A DNA stretch of 64,000 bases, taken from positions 691-64,690 of the forward strand of contig JAZOLH010000037.1 in NCBI GenBank assembly GCA_045652815.1, read 5' to 3'. Positions within the stretch are counted from its first letter, which is position 1. Each line of letters begins with the position of its first letter. The position numbers were made by a program, and so were the translations under genes. This document shows, piece after piece, positions 42,802 through 51,518 of the stretch. This DNA comes from Clostridia bacterium. GTDB taxonomy: Bacteria; Bacillota; Clostridia; UBA1381; UBA9506. The notes under the pieces were generated by a model. That model was given only the letters and a program-made list of their open reading frames with translations, did no database searches and was not told the origin of the DNA.

Positions 42802-45800
42802 ATGGCAAGAAGTTGGACAACTGATCAAAAAGCGGCCATTGATGCAAGGTCCGCCGACATTTTAGTTGCGGCGGCGGCAGGTAGTGGTAAAACCGCGGTT
42901 TTGGTTGAAAGAATTATAGAAAGAATCACCGATGAAACAAATCCCGTGGACATCGATCGCCTGCTGGTAGTAACCTTTACCAATGCGGCGGCGGCAGAAA
43001 TGCGGGAGAGAATCGGCGATGCCTTAATGAAGAAGTTAGAAGATGAGCCGGCAAGTAAATTGCTGGCTCGTCAGCTTGCTCTTTTGCCCACAGCTTCCAT
43101 TACCACCATTCATTCTTATTGCCTGCAGGTGCTTCGTGCCAATTTTAACGCGCTGGGGCTTGATCCCACTTTCCGCATTGCCGATACAACGGAAAACGAA
43201 CTGTTGCGTATGGCGGCGCTGGAAGATGTGATTGAGGAAATGTATGAAGATGAGGTCTTTGCGGAGGATTTTCTGTCCTTAACAGAGGCGTTTATGAACA
43301 TTCGAAACCCCGAAGAATTTTATAAACTCATTAACCGCATTTATGATTTTTCCATGAGTTTACCCGAGCCGGAAGCGTGGCTGACTACGGCGGCAGAAAA
43401 CCTGAATCTTACTGATTTTGAGGATTCTATCTATGCCAAAACATTGGTGGATTATGGCAAGCAGATTCTTGCCAATATTTTAGAAAAATATGAAGTGATG
43501 CTTCGCTTGTCTCGTGATGATGACGGATGCGAAGCCCTTTATCAACTGCTTTTAGAAGAGAAAAAATTATATGCAGAACTCTCCCGCGAAACGAGTTATA
43601 AAGCGTTACATAATCTTTTGTCTGTCCTGAAACTTGCGCCCATTCCCCGCGTTCCCAAAAACGCGATGCCCATGCATCGCGAGACCGTGAAGGATATGCG
43701 CGATGACATTAAAAAGCACGAACTGTCTCTGCTTTCTGATAAATTGTTTGCCACAAGCAGTGCAGAACAGGTTGCAATTTTGCAAAAAAGCTATCCGCAG
43801 ATGCGATGCTTATCTGAGGTGGTTCGTCGTTTGATGGTTTGTTTTGATGCAAAAAAAGCGGCAAAAAATATTTTGAATTTTAATGATTTGGAGCACGGTT
43901 GCTACCGCTTGTTTGTAGATGAAACGGGCAAGGAAACAGACATTGCTCAAGCAGAAAAAGAACGCTTTGACGAGATTTTAATTGACGAATATCAGGATAC
44001 CTCGGCTTTGCAGGAAGCGATTTTCTCCGCTATCAAGAAAGACGGAAGTCTGTTTTTGGTGGGCGATATTAAGCAGAGTATTTACCGCTTCCGTAACACA
44101 AATCCCAAACTTTTTGCCGACAAAAAGGATAGTTATGGTTTGGAGCAGGAAGCGCCGAAAAGAAAAATTGTTTTATCCAAAAACTTCCGTAGCCGCGCCG
44201 AAGTGTTAGATGCCATCAACTTTATTTTTGAGCGGATGATGTCACAGGGCGTTGGTGAAGTGACATATAACGAGGAAGAAAAACTCTATCCCGGTGCTAT
44301 CTATGACGCGATGGAGAATCCCATTCCCACGGAAACGGAAATCTATCTGGTGGAAATGCCTGCGGAAAGTGATGAAGATACGCCTGAAAAAATTGAAGCT
44401 GAAGCTATGGTGGCGGCAAAACGGATTACCGACTTGATTGAAAAAGGGTATCAGGTACAGGGCAAAAACGGGCCGAGAAAAATCACCTATCGGGATATTT
44501 GCATTTTAATGCGTTCGGGCAACGCTCACGGCCCTGCCTATTGCAAAGTTCTGGCTGATTGGGGCATTCCCTGTTACTGTGATGCAGGTGATACCTTCTT
44601 GCAGAGTCGCGAGATTGTGGTGATGCTTTCCCTTTTAAAAATCATTGATAACCCCCATCAGGATATTCCGCTTCTTGCGGTTTTGCGTTCGCTTTTGTGG
44701 AATCTCTCCACCGATGAACTGGCAGAGATTCGTTTAGCAGATAGAAAAAGTGACCTTTATGATGCTCTGAAAAAGCGTGCTCAAAGGGATGATGAACTGG
44801 GCGGAAAACTCAATGATTTTCTTACAAAACTTGCGCTATACCGCGAAAAAAGCCGCGAATATGATACAGCGGAACTGATTTGGTATCTCTTGATGCAAAC
44901 GGGATTTTATGAAGCGCAGGCGGCCCTGCGTGGCGGAGAACTCCGCCGCATGAATTTGCGGCTTTTATATACCCGTGCGGCCGACTTTGAAAAAACGGGG
45001 CTGAAAGGTCTTTATAACTTTGTGCGCTTTATTGATGAATATGAGTCTATTCAGGGTGACTATGGTGCGGCTCGCAATGTGGGCGAGGAGCAGGATGTTG
45101 TCCGCGTGATGAGTATTCATAAAAGTAAAGGTCTTGAGTTTCCTGTTGTGATTATCAGCGGTATGGACAAGCAGTTTAACGAAATGGATTTGCGTCAGAA
45201 TGTGCTGATTCACAGCGACTTGGGTTACGGACCTAAATACATTGATTCTGATTTATCTCTTTCCTATGATAACGGTGCCCGTCAGGCTGTTGAAAAGATT
45301 CTTAAACAGGAAAATTTATCTGAAGAAATGCGTATTCTCTATGTGGCTATGACCCGCGCCAGAGAAAAACTGATTTTAACAGCGGCAGGTAAAGATATGG
45401 GGCGGACGATTCGCAAAAAACTGGTGAATCCGAATGAAGAAAAGGTGTCCCCCTATTTTGCCACATCGGCCAAATCCTATATGGATTGGGTACTGATGGC
45501 GCTATATCCCCATTCTGATGCAAAGGAACTGCGGGAACTGAATGATGATAAAGACTTTAACAATATTTTAGACCATCCAAGCCGATTTAACATTTTCTTA
45601 GAAGAGGCAGATGTGCTTTGTGGCGAGTTGCCGGAAGAAGCAGATGTAGCGGCTGAGGAAACAGAAACAACAGCGTTACCATCTATGCTTGACTATCGGT
45701 ATCCCTTTGCCGATGAAGCGGTTCTGCCTGCGAAAATCACGGTTTCCGAAGTGAAACGGAAGATGCAGGGATTAGAACCCGATGGGGTGTATTTATATCC

Positions 45801-46332
45801 CCAGCCGAACTTTTTGCGGAGCCATAAAGCGTCTCTGAGCGCGGCAGAAATGGGTACAGCTATGCACGGTTTTATGGAACATTTAGACTACGCCCGTGTG
45901 GGCAGCATAGAAGAAATCGGAGCGCAACTTTCTCAGTTGGTTGAAAAGAACCTGCTGACAGAGGAAGAAGCGGCGACGGTTTCTGCTGAAAAGGTATTTA
46001 CCTTTACACAAACAGAACTGGGTAAGCGGATGCAAAATGCCGAAAAACTCTGCCGAGAAGTGTCCTTTAGTTTATATGTGGATGCAGAGCCTTTCTTTGA
46101 TGTACAGGGCAAGGTGATGCTGCAAGGTATGATCGACTGTGTTCTGTTTGAGCCCGATGGCATCAGCGTCATTGACTATAAGACAGACAGGGATGAGCGT
46201 CCCGAGATAACAGCGGATAAATACCGCGTGCAGCTTGATTGCTATGCCAAGGCGGCAGAAACTATGTATGGGCAAAAGGTACTTCACAAGTATTTATATC
46301 TGTTCCATCACGATACATTCATTGAACTGTAA
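42802..46332 (+). CDS. addA: ATP-dependent helicase/nuclease subunit A (AddA/RexA)
   Basis: UvrD-type motifs (AAAGSGKT, DEYQDTS) plus a C-terminal RecB-type nuclease motif (GMIDCV...IDYKTD). About 1176 aa. Confidence 0.9.
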   Translation: MARSWTTDQKAAIDARSADILVAAAAGSGKTAVLVERIIERITDETNPVDIDRLLVVTFTNAAAAEMRERIGDALMKKLEDEPASKLLARQLALLPTASITTIHSYCLQVLRANFNALGLDPTFRIADTTENELLRMAALEDVIEEMYEDEVFAEDFLSLTEAFMNIRNPEEFYKLINRIYDFSMSLPEPEAWLTTAAENLNLTDFEDSIYAKTLVDYGKQILANILEKYEVMLRLSRDDDGCEALYQLLLEEKKLYAELSRETSYKALHNLLSVLKLAPIPRVPKNAMPMHRETVKDMRDDIKKHELSLLSDKLFATSSAEQVAILQKSYPQMRCLSEVVRRLMVCFDAKKAAKNILNFNDLEHGCYRLFVDETGKETDIAQAEKERFDEILIDEYQDTSALQEAIFSAIKKDGSLFLVGDIKQSIYRFRNTNPKLFADKKDSYGLEQEAPKRKIVLSKNFRSRAEVLDAINFIFERMMSQGVGEVTYNEEEKLYPGAIYDAMENPIPTETEIYLVEMPAESDEDTPEKIEAEAMVAAKRITDLIEKGYQVQGKNGPRKITYRDICILMRSGNAHGPAYCKVLADWGIPCYCDAGDTFLQSREIVVMLSLLKIIDNPHQDIPLLAVLRSLLWNLSTDELAEIRLADRKSDLYDALKKRAQRDDELGGKLNDFLTKLALYREKSREYDTAELIWYLLMQTGFYEAQAALRGGELRRMNLRLLYTRAADFEKTGLKGLYNFVRFIDEYESIQGDYGAARNVGEEQDVVRVMSIHKSKGLEFPVVIISGMDKQFNEMDLRQNVLIHSDLGYGPKYIDSDLSLSYDNGARQAVEKILKQENLSEEMRILYVAMTRAREKLILTAAGKDMGRTIRKKLVNPNEEKVSPYFATSAKSYMDWVLMALYPHSDAKELRELNDDKDFNNILDHPSRFNIFLEEADVLCGELPEEADVAAEETETTALPSMLDYRYPFADEAVLPAKITVSEVKRKMQGLEPDGVYLYPQPNFLRSHKASLSAAEMGTAMHGFMEHLDYARVGSIEEIGAQLSQLVEKNLLTEEEAATVSAEKVFTFTQTELGKRMQNAEKLCREVSFSLYVDAEPFFDVQGKVMLQGMIDCVLFEPDGISVIDYKTDRDERPEITADKYRVQLDCYAKAAETMYGQKVLHKYLYLFHHDTFIEL

Positions 46333-46365
46333 AAAAAGCCTTCCGCGGTTGCGGAAGGCTTTTTA
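46331..46365. terminator. Bidirectional terminator (addA / araC-type gene)
   Basis: Stem AGCCTTCCGC, loop ggtt, stem GCGGAAGGCT, with A- and T-runs. Confidence 0.85.
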
Positions 46366-47373
46366 TTTTGGCAGGAGGCAATCCCGATATTCTTTTGGGG
46401 TTTTGCCTGTCAATCGGCGGAAAGTTTTGCCGAAGTAACTGCGGCTTTCGTATCCTACCATAGTGGCGATGTCTTCAATCCTGATGAGCGGGGAGGCAAG
46501 GAGTTCTTTGGCTTTTGCAATGCGAAGATGATTGAGATATTGGTTGAAACTGCAGCCCTGAGCCTCTTTAAAAATCTTTGAAAAGTAGGGTGGACTCACG
46601 TAAACTGCATGTGCCACCTGATTCTGAGTTAACCGCTTTTGGTAATTCTGAGCAATAAACAGGCAGGCGTTTTGTATTAGTTCGACGTGCTTGCGGCTTT
46701 GGGTGGGATAGACAGCATCCGTAAACTGTTTTCCTGCTTCAAAAATGCAGGAAGCCAAATGTCCGATAGACGAAGCGGAGTAAAGAGAAGAGAGCTGCTC
46801 ATCTTTCCAAATGGCACCGCCAAAGGATTCTGCCAGTTCGTACAGAGATAAGATAAAGCAGATTAAATCTTGTTTGTTTTTGAAAAAGTCATTGCCGTTT
46901 TGAGTCAGGATTTTTGAGAGGGCGTTTCGGATGGCGGTTTGTGTTTCGGCAGGGGAAGAAAGAAGGCGGGATAACTCCGCGGACAACTCAGCCGCCAGGG
47001 GACTGATTTCTTCGGCGGCAAAAGTAAAAGAAAAGAGTTTTGCCGCTTTGTAAAATGCGGCAGGTGACAGGTGCTGAACCGGTGCGCTCTCTGCGGATTT
47101 TCTGCAGGGGACCATATTCTTGCAAGAGGAAGAGGTGGAAAAGGAAACGGGGGAGGAGAGGTATATTGTTTTGTGGCATATAAGTGCTAAACGACAAAAC
47201 CCGTTTTCGCAAAGGGTGATGATTGCTTTCGGTGTGGCAGATGATTCTGCAAAAGCACCGATTATGCAAGCAGAGCAGGGCTTCGTATCATCTTGAGTCA
47301 AACGCTCAAAAGACAGCCCTGACAGGGAAGAGAACAGGGCTAGGTTTTGCATCAGATTTTGAGATTGTTCCAT
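46363..47373 (-). CDS. AraC-family transcriptional regulator
   Basis: C-terminal double HTH (VAHAVYVSPPYFSKIFK...IATMVGYESRSYFGKTFRRLTGKTPKEYR). The N-terminal domain is not recognisable. Confidence 0.85.
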   Translation of the reverse strand: MEQSQNLMQNLALFSSLSGLSFERLTQDDTKPCSACIIGAFAESSATPKAIITLCENGFCRLALICHKTIYLSSPVSFSTSSSCKNMVPCRKSAESAPVQHLSPAAFYKAAKLFSFTFAAEEISPLAAELSAELSRLLSSPAETQTAIRNALSKILTQNGNDFFKNKQDLICFILSLYELAESFGGAIWKDEQLSSLYSASSIGHLASCIFEAGKQFTDAVYPTQSRKHVELIQNACLFIAQNYQKRLTQNQVAHAVYVSPPYFSKIFKEAQGCSFNQYLNHLRIAKAKELLASPLIRIEDIATMVGYESRSYFGKTFRRLTGKTPKEYRDCLLPK

Positions 47374-47475
47374 TTTTCACCCTCCTTGGTTGTCAGTATA
47401 ACAAATAAAAAGCAAGGATGCAAGGAATGTGACAATAAGAGACAAAAGCATATGCAAAGTGTGACAATTCGACAA

Positions 47476-47530
47476 AAAAACGCCTCATTTCAGAAGAGAA
47501 ATGAGACGCTTGTGTTTTGTTTATTTTTTG
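47476..47530. terminator. Second (bidirectional) terminator hairpin downstream of tRNA-Thr
   Basis: CGCCTCATTTC, loop agaagag, GAAATGAGACG, flanked by an A8 run and a T-rich tract. Confidence 0.6.
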
Positions 47531-47568
47531 TATAAAAAAAGTCGAAGCAAAGCGGACTTTGCTTCGAC
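47531..47568 (-). terminator. Intrinsic terminator immediately after tRNA-Thr
   Basis: Stem GTCGAAGCAAAG, loop cgga, stem CTTTGCTTCGAC, followed on the minus strand by T7. Confidence 0.85.
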
Positions 47569-47569
47569 A

Positions 47570-47645
47570 TGGAGCTGGTGGCAGGAATTGAACCTGTAAC
47601 CTGCTGATTACAAATCAGCTGCTCTGCCTATTGAGCTACACCAGC
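47570..47645 (-). tRNA. tRNA-Thr (anticodon UGU), CCA encoded
   Basis: Manual cloverleaf: acceptor GCTGGTG/CACCAGC, D arm GCTC-AATAGGCA-GAGC, anticodon arm GCTGA-TTTGTAA-TCAGC, T loop TTCAATT, discriminator T, then CCA. One A-C mismatch at pair 49:65. Confidence 0.9.
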
Positions 47646-47743
47646 TTGAAAATCGCTCTGTTATGCGGTTTTAAAATTTTGTCACACTGATTTATAGTGA
47701 CTTGAGCTGCTGATTAGGTGTACTTACCTTTTCAACAAATGGT

Positions 47744-47773
47744 ATTATAGCACAGAACTAAAGCTTGTGTCAA
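47744..47773 (-). promoter_or_regulatory. SigmaA promoter for tRNA-Thr (TTGACA, 18 nt, TGcTATAAT)
   Basis: Consensus -35 and an extended -10 on the minus strand, about 90-100 nt upstream of the mature tRNA 5' end. Confidence 0.5.
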
Positions 47774-47845
47774 TAACTTTTTTCGAAAAAATCCAAAAAA
47801 AGATGGATTTTATGGGAAAATGGCTAAATTTTATGCAAAAAAATG

Positions 47846-47875
47846 TTGACATTCGCTATTATATTGTGGTATACT
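47846..47875 (+). promoter_or_regulatory. SigmaA promoter of rplU operon (TTGACA, 18 nt, TGgTATACT)
   Basis: Consensus -35 plus an extended -10. Confidence 0.65.
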
Positions 47876-47879
47876 ATTT

Positions 47880-47960
47880 CGTAGCCGCGTGTACCGGGTC
47901 GCAAACGACCGAACGGTCTACCCTATGAGCAGCGAGCAAGGATGGAGGAGGTGCAAATTG
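47880..47960 (+). ncRNA. Structured 5' leader of rplU (candidate L21-leader-type autoregulatory element)
   Basis: About 80-nt UTR with nested stems (GGTCG-caaa-CGACC at 47897..47910, enclosed by GTACCG/CGGT-AC). Firmicutes rplU operons carry an L21 leader RNA. Confidence 0.45.
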
Positions 47961-48272
47961 ATGTACGCAATTATTCAAACAGGCGGAAAACAGTACAAGG
48001 TTAGCGAAGGTGATACCATTTTCGTTGAAAAACTGGGTTTAGCTTTAGACGAAACCGTAACTTTCAGCGAAGTTGTTGCTGTTGGTGAAGGTAGCGAATT
48101 GAAGGTTGGTGCTCCTTTTGTTGAAGGTGCAACTGTAACCGCTAAAGTAGCAGCTGAAGGTAAAGCCAAGAAGGTTATTGTATTCAAGTACAAACCCAAG
48201 AAGGGCTATGCGAAGAAGCAGGGTCACAGACAGCCTTACACTAAGGTTGTTATCGAAAAGATCAACGCTTAA
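47961..48272 (+). CDS. rplU: 50S ribosomal protein L21
   Basis: [29 protein letters not shown]. The ORF-track start at 47889 is rejected. Confidence 0.95.
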   Translation: MYAIIQTGGKQYKVSEGDTIFVEKLGLALDETVTFSEVVAVGEGSELKVGAPFVEGATVTAKVAAEGKAKKVIVFKYKPKKGYAKKQGHRQPYTKVVIEKINA

Positions 48273-48281
48273 TTTCGTCTT

Positions 48282-48602
48282 ATGATTACGATTAAATTAA
48301 CAAAAAACAAAGAAAGTCAAATAACCGGATTTACTGTCAGCGGTCACGCGGGCTATGGTGAATATGGCACAGACATTGTTTGTGCGGCAGTTACCACAGC
48401 GGCGATGACAGCGGTAAACGGTTTGACAGATGTGGTTGGACTTGAGATTATGCCCGAAGTTCGAGAGGGATTTTTATCCTGCAATCTTCCCGATAATCTT
48501 TCCGGAGAAAAACGGCACGATGCCGATGTGTTGCTCTCCAGCATGGTACTTTCTTTAGAAAACATCGCAGAGCAATATGGCGAATATGTCCGTATTTTGT
48601 AA
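48282..48602 (+). CDS. prp: Ribosomal-processing cysteine protease Prp (YsxB family)
   Basis: 106 aa between rplU and rpmA. GHAGYGEYGTDIVCAAVT catalytic His/Cys region. Confidence 0.9.
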   Translation: MITIKLTKNKESQITGFTVSGHAGYGEYGTDIVCAAVTTAAMTAVNGLTDVVGLEIMPEVREGFLSCNLPDNLSGEKRHDADVLLSSMVLSLENIAEQYGEYVRIL

Positions 48603-48656
48603 GTCCAAACTCTATTTTGCAGCACTGGGCTGCTAACAAAAAAAGGAGGTTTTACC

Positions 48657-48935
48657 GTGATTAAGTTTGATATTCAGCTGTTTGCACACAAAAAGGGTGT
48701 TGGTAGCACAAAGAACGGCCGTGATAGCGAAGCTAAACGTCTTGGTGTTAAAAAAGGCGACGGTCAGGCAGTACTTGCTGGTAACATTATTGTTCGTCAG
48801 CGCGGTACTAAAATCCACGCCGGTATCAATGTGGGCAAGGGCGGCGACGATACGCTGTTTGCTTTGATTGACGGTCATGTTAAATTCGAAAGAAAAGGCA
48901 AGAATAAGAAGCAGGTAAGCGTATATTCTGCATAA
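48657..48935 (+). CDS. rpmA: 50S ribosomal protein L27 with a cleavable N-terminal extension
   Basis: GTG start after an [33 protein letters not shown], carrying the Prp cleavage motif. Confidence 0.95.
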   Translation: MIKFDIQLFAHKKGVGSTKNGRDSEAKRLGVKKGDGQAVLAGNIIVRQRGTKIHAGINVGKGGDDTLFALIDGHVKFERKGKNKKQVSVYSA

Positions 48936-48947
48936 TTTAAGCTAGTT

Positions 48948-48980
48948 AAAAGCCCATTCCGTTACGGTTTGGGCTTTTTT
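48948..48980 (+). terminator. Intrinsic terminator of rplU-prp-rpmA
   Basis: AAGCCCA ... TGGGCTT plus T6. Confidence 0.75.
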
Positions 48981-49001
48981 CATAGCATGAGGAGTTTTGT
49001 T

Positions 49002-49685
49002 ATGGCTATTTTCGCCATTTCCGATTTGCATCTGGGACTGTCAAACGACAAACCGATGGATATTTTCGGTGCCAGATGGGAAAATTATTTAGAGATTTTA
49101 AAAGAAAACTGGGAAAAAACCGTAAAGGAAGAGGATTTGGTTTTAATCCCGGGTGATACGTCCTGGGCAACTTATATCGACAGGGCCGAGGCAGACTTTG
49201 CCTTTTTGCACTCTCTGCCCGGCAAAAAACTGATTTCCAAGGGCAATCACGACTATTGGTGGGAAACCCTCTCTAAGCTTAACAACTGGCTTTCATCTAA
49301 AGGGTATTCCGATATGCTTTTTTTGCATAACACCGTTTATCAGCACGAAAACATCGCGATTTGTGCCGCTAAGGGCTATCCCGATAACGGCAAAAGCGCA
49401 GAAGATATAAAACTGTTTAACAGGGAAGTGTCTCGCCTGAAATTGTCACTTGATATGGCAAAGAAATCAGGGGCGGAGACCCTGTATGTGATGATTCATT
49501 ACCCGCCGCAGCCGGGTTCTGAATTTGCAAAATTGATGGAAGAATATGGCGTGAAGTTATGTCTTTACGGGCACTTGCACGGAAAACATCACGCTATGGC
49601 AGTACCGCCTGTGCAAAATGGCGTTGCCTATCGTTTAGTCTCTGCAGATTTTCTGCGGTTTGAGCCCCTTTTGATTGAAGATTGA
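49002..49685 (+). CDS. Calcineurin-like metallophosphoesterase
   Basis: Motifs ISDLHLG, GDTSW and GNHDYWW. GAGGAG RBS before ATG 49002. Confidence 0.82.
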   Translation: MAIFAISDLHLGLSNDKPMDIFGARWENYLEILKENWEKTVKEEDLVLIPGDTSWATYIDRAEADFAFLHSLPGKKLISKGNHDYWWETLSKLNNWLSSKGYSDMLFLHNTVYQHENIAICAAKGYPDNGKSAEDIKLFNREVSRLKLSLDMAKKSGAETLYVMIHYPPQPGSEFAKLMEEYGVKLCLYGHLHGKHHAMAVPPVQNGVAYRLVSADFLRFEPLLIED

Positions 49686-49714
49686 CGGAACTGAAAAGGA
49701 AGGGTGGTGAGCCC

Positions 49715-50296
49715 ATGTCCGAGCAGGAATTAATCAAGCGTTGTCAGGATGGTGACCTTTCCGCCTTTAATGAACTGATGGATGCTTATGACAATAAAAT
49801 ACTGTCTTACTGCTATCGGATGCTGGGTAACCGCGCTGATGCGGAAGATGCCACTCAGGAAGTGTTTGTAAAGGTTTACCGCTTTATAGGTAAATTTACA
49901 GGAAAATCTTCATTTTCCACCTGGCTTTACAAAATTGCCTCCAACGTTTGTATGGATATGCTTCGAAAAGCAAAACGAAGAGGAGAATCGGTGAGTCTTC
50001 ACCAGCAAAATGATGAGGGAGACGAGTTTTCCTTACCGCTTGCCGATAGCGGGTTGTCACCTTTTGAAAAGGCGCAACTGTCAGAGGCACAAAAAGTGCT
50101 TTCTGATGCGCTCTCAAAATTGCCCGAAGAGCAAAAACAGGTGATTATCCTGCGGGATGTGGAAGGACTTTCCTATGAAGAAATTGCCGAGATTGTTCAC
50201 GCGGCAGAGGGAACGGTTAAATCCCGCATCAACCGAGGCAGAAAAACATTACAAAAATTTTTAGAGCCCCATCGGGAACTTTTTACGTTGTCATAA
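49715..50296 (+). CDS. ECF-type sigma-70 family RNA polymerase sigma factor
   Basis: Region 2 (DAEDATQEVFVKVYR...FSTWLYKIASN) and region 4 (LSYEEIAEIVHAAEGTVKSRINRGR). Confidence 0.88.
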   Translation: MSEQELIKRCQDGDLSAFNELMDAYDNKILSYCYRMLGNRADAEDATQEVFVKVYRFIGKFTGKSSFSTWLYKIASNVCMDMLRKAKRRGESVSLHQQNDEGDEFSLPLADSGLSPFEKAQLSEAQKVLSDALSKLPEEQKQVIILRDVEGLSYEEIAEIVHAAEGTVKSRINRGRKTLQKFLEPHRELFTLS

Positions 50297-50338
50297 CGTC
50301 TTAACAGTAGATTGAATTTTTTGAAGGGAGGGTTAACC

Positions 50339-51115
50339 GTGAGCCAAACATGCGAAACGTGCAAAGAACAATTACCGTTATACATAGACGGAGCATGCAC
50401 GGAAGCAGAGGCAGAAGCCATACGTGAGCATTTGTCCGTCTGCGAAGCGTGCCAAAAGGAAGAAGCCTTTTTGCGCAGTATTTCCGCAACAGCCAAAACA
50501 TTACCCGGACTTGCGGTGACCGAAGACTTTCGCCTGCGTTTACAAAATAGATTGGAACAGGAAGCGGCTAAACCGAAATCGCGCGTTCTGCCTTTGTGGA
50601 AAAAGGCGGCAGGATTTACAGCGGCAGCGGCTGTGATTGCCATCTCTGTTTTCACCTTTGGCAATCTGCCCGAAACCGATATTGCGCCTCCGCAGGACAT
50701 CACATCTCAAGCGGTGCAGGGAGAAACAGCGCAGAAGGAAAACGATATATCCGTTCTTGCTGATACAGCGCGCCTTGAAACGAAGGATGAAGAAAAATCT
50801 GCCGGCGTTCCCGCAAGCGCAGAGAGTCAGGAAACTGCTGTCCAGCCCCGTTTTACCTATGCCACAAAAGGCGTTCTTCATTATACTTTTGATGAGGCGG
50901 CTTACCATCAGGCAGAAACCATTTTGTCAAACTGCGAATTTGATGGTACGGGTTACAAAGTACCTGTTGACGATATTGTTTCGGTTTGCGAAAAACTGGA
51001 AGATCTGGTGGGCTATGTAGGTCACAGACCATCGTCTGACAGTCCGGAAGCCGAAACGGAAGAAGAAAAGGAACTGTATAACAGTTTCGTCTGCATTATT
51101 ATAGAAAAAGTATAA
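50339..51115 (+). CDS. Anti-sigma factor (zf-HC2 type) with one TM segment and an extracytoplasmic domain
   Basis: H-x3-C-x2-C motif (HLSVCEACQ) after CETCKEQL. TM segment AAGFTAAAAVIAISVFTF. GTG 50339 after an AGGGAGGG RBS. Confidence 0.78.
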   Translation: MSQTCETCKEQLPLYIDGACTEAEAEAIREHLSVCEACQKEEAFLRSISATAKTLPGLAVTEDFRLRLQNRLEQEAAKPKSRVLPLWKKAAGFTAAAAVIAISVFTFGNLPETDIAPPQDITSQAVQGETAQKENDISVLADTARLETKDEEKSAGVPASAESQETAVQPRFTYATKGVLHYTFDEAAYHQAETILSNCEFDGTGYKVPVDDIVSVCEKLEDLVGYVGHRPSSDSPEAETEEEKELYNSFVCIIIEKV

Positions 51116-51148
51116 AAAAAGGGTTGCCATTTGGCAACTCTTTTTTTA
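51114..51148. terminator. Bidirectional intrinsic terminator
   Basis: GGGTTGCC-attt-GGCAACTC flanked by A7 and T7 runs. Confidence 0.8.
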
Positions 51149-51514
51149 ATGTTCTTCAGCGGTAAAGTAACCCGCTAAAGAGAGGGAAAATTCCCCGTTA
51201 TCTTCGCTAAACCGAAGCAGGCGATAGAGTGATTCAAGGTCGGGATTTTTACCGTAAACGGTTTTAATGCCCTGCAAATCCGCCATATTCAAAATGGCCT
51301 TGGCAAGACCGTGGGCGATGGCTGTGCCGCCTTCGGCGTGAATCAAATCAAGGTAAACCTTGGTGTATTCTAACGTGATAGCGGCTAAACCACACAGGGT
51401 TTCGCCCTCGAACATCCCCATATACTGACATGGTGCGGCGGGAATGGTAACGCTATTGGCTTTACAGTAAGCCGAAATTTCGTTCTGATTATCTGTTTTG
51501 CGAATGGTTAACAT
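51146..51514 (-). CDS. Hypothetical 122-aa protein, co-transcribed with rluB
   Basis: ORF starts 4 nt after the rluB stop. No recognisable motif; possibly GNAT-like. Confidence 0.45.
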   Translation of the reverse strand: MLTIRKTDNQNEISAYCKANSVTIPAAPCQYMGMFEGETLCGLAAITLEYTKVYLDLIHAEGGTAIAHGLAKAILNMADLQGIKTVYGKNPDLESLYRLLRFSEDNGEFSLSLAGYFTAEEH

Positions 51515-51518
51515 CGGT

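Noticed and set aside
47650-47740. Possible degenerate second tRNA or tRNA fragment in the tRNA-Thr leader (shared CTGCTGATTA 10-mer)
   Set aside because: There is only a 10-nt match. No acceptor or T-arm can be drawn.
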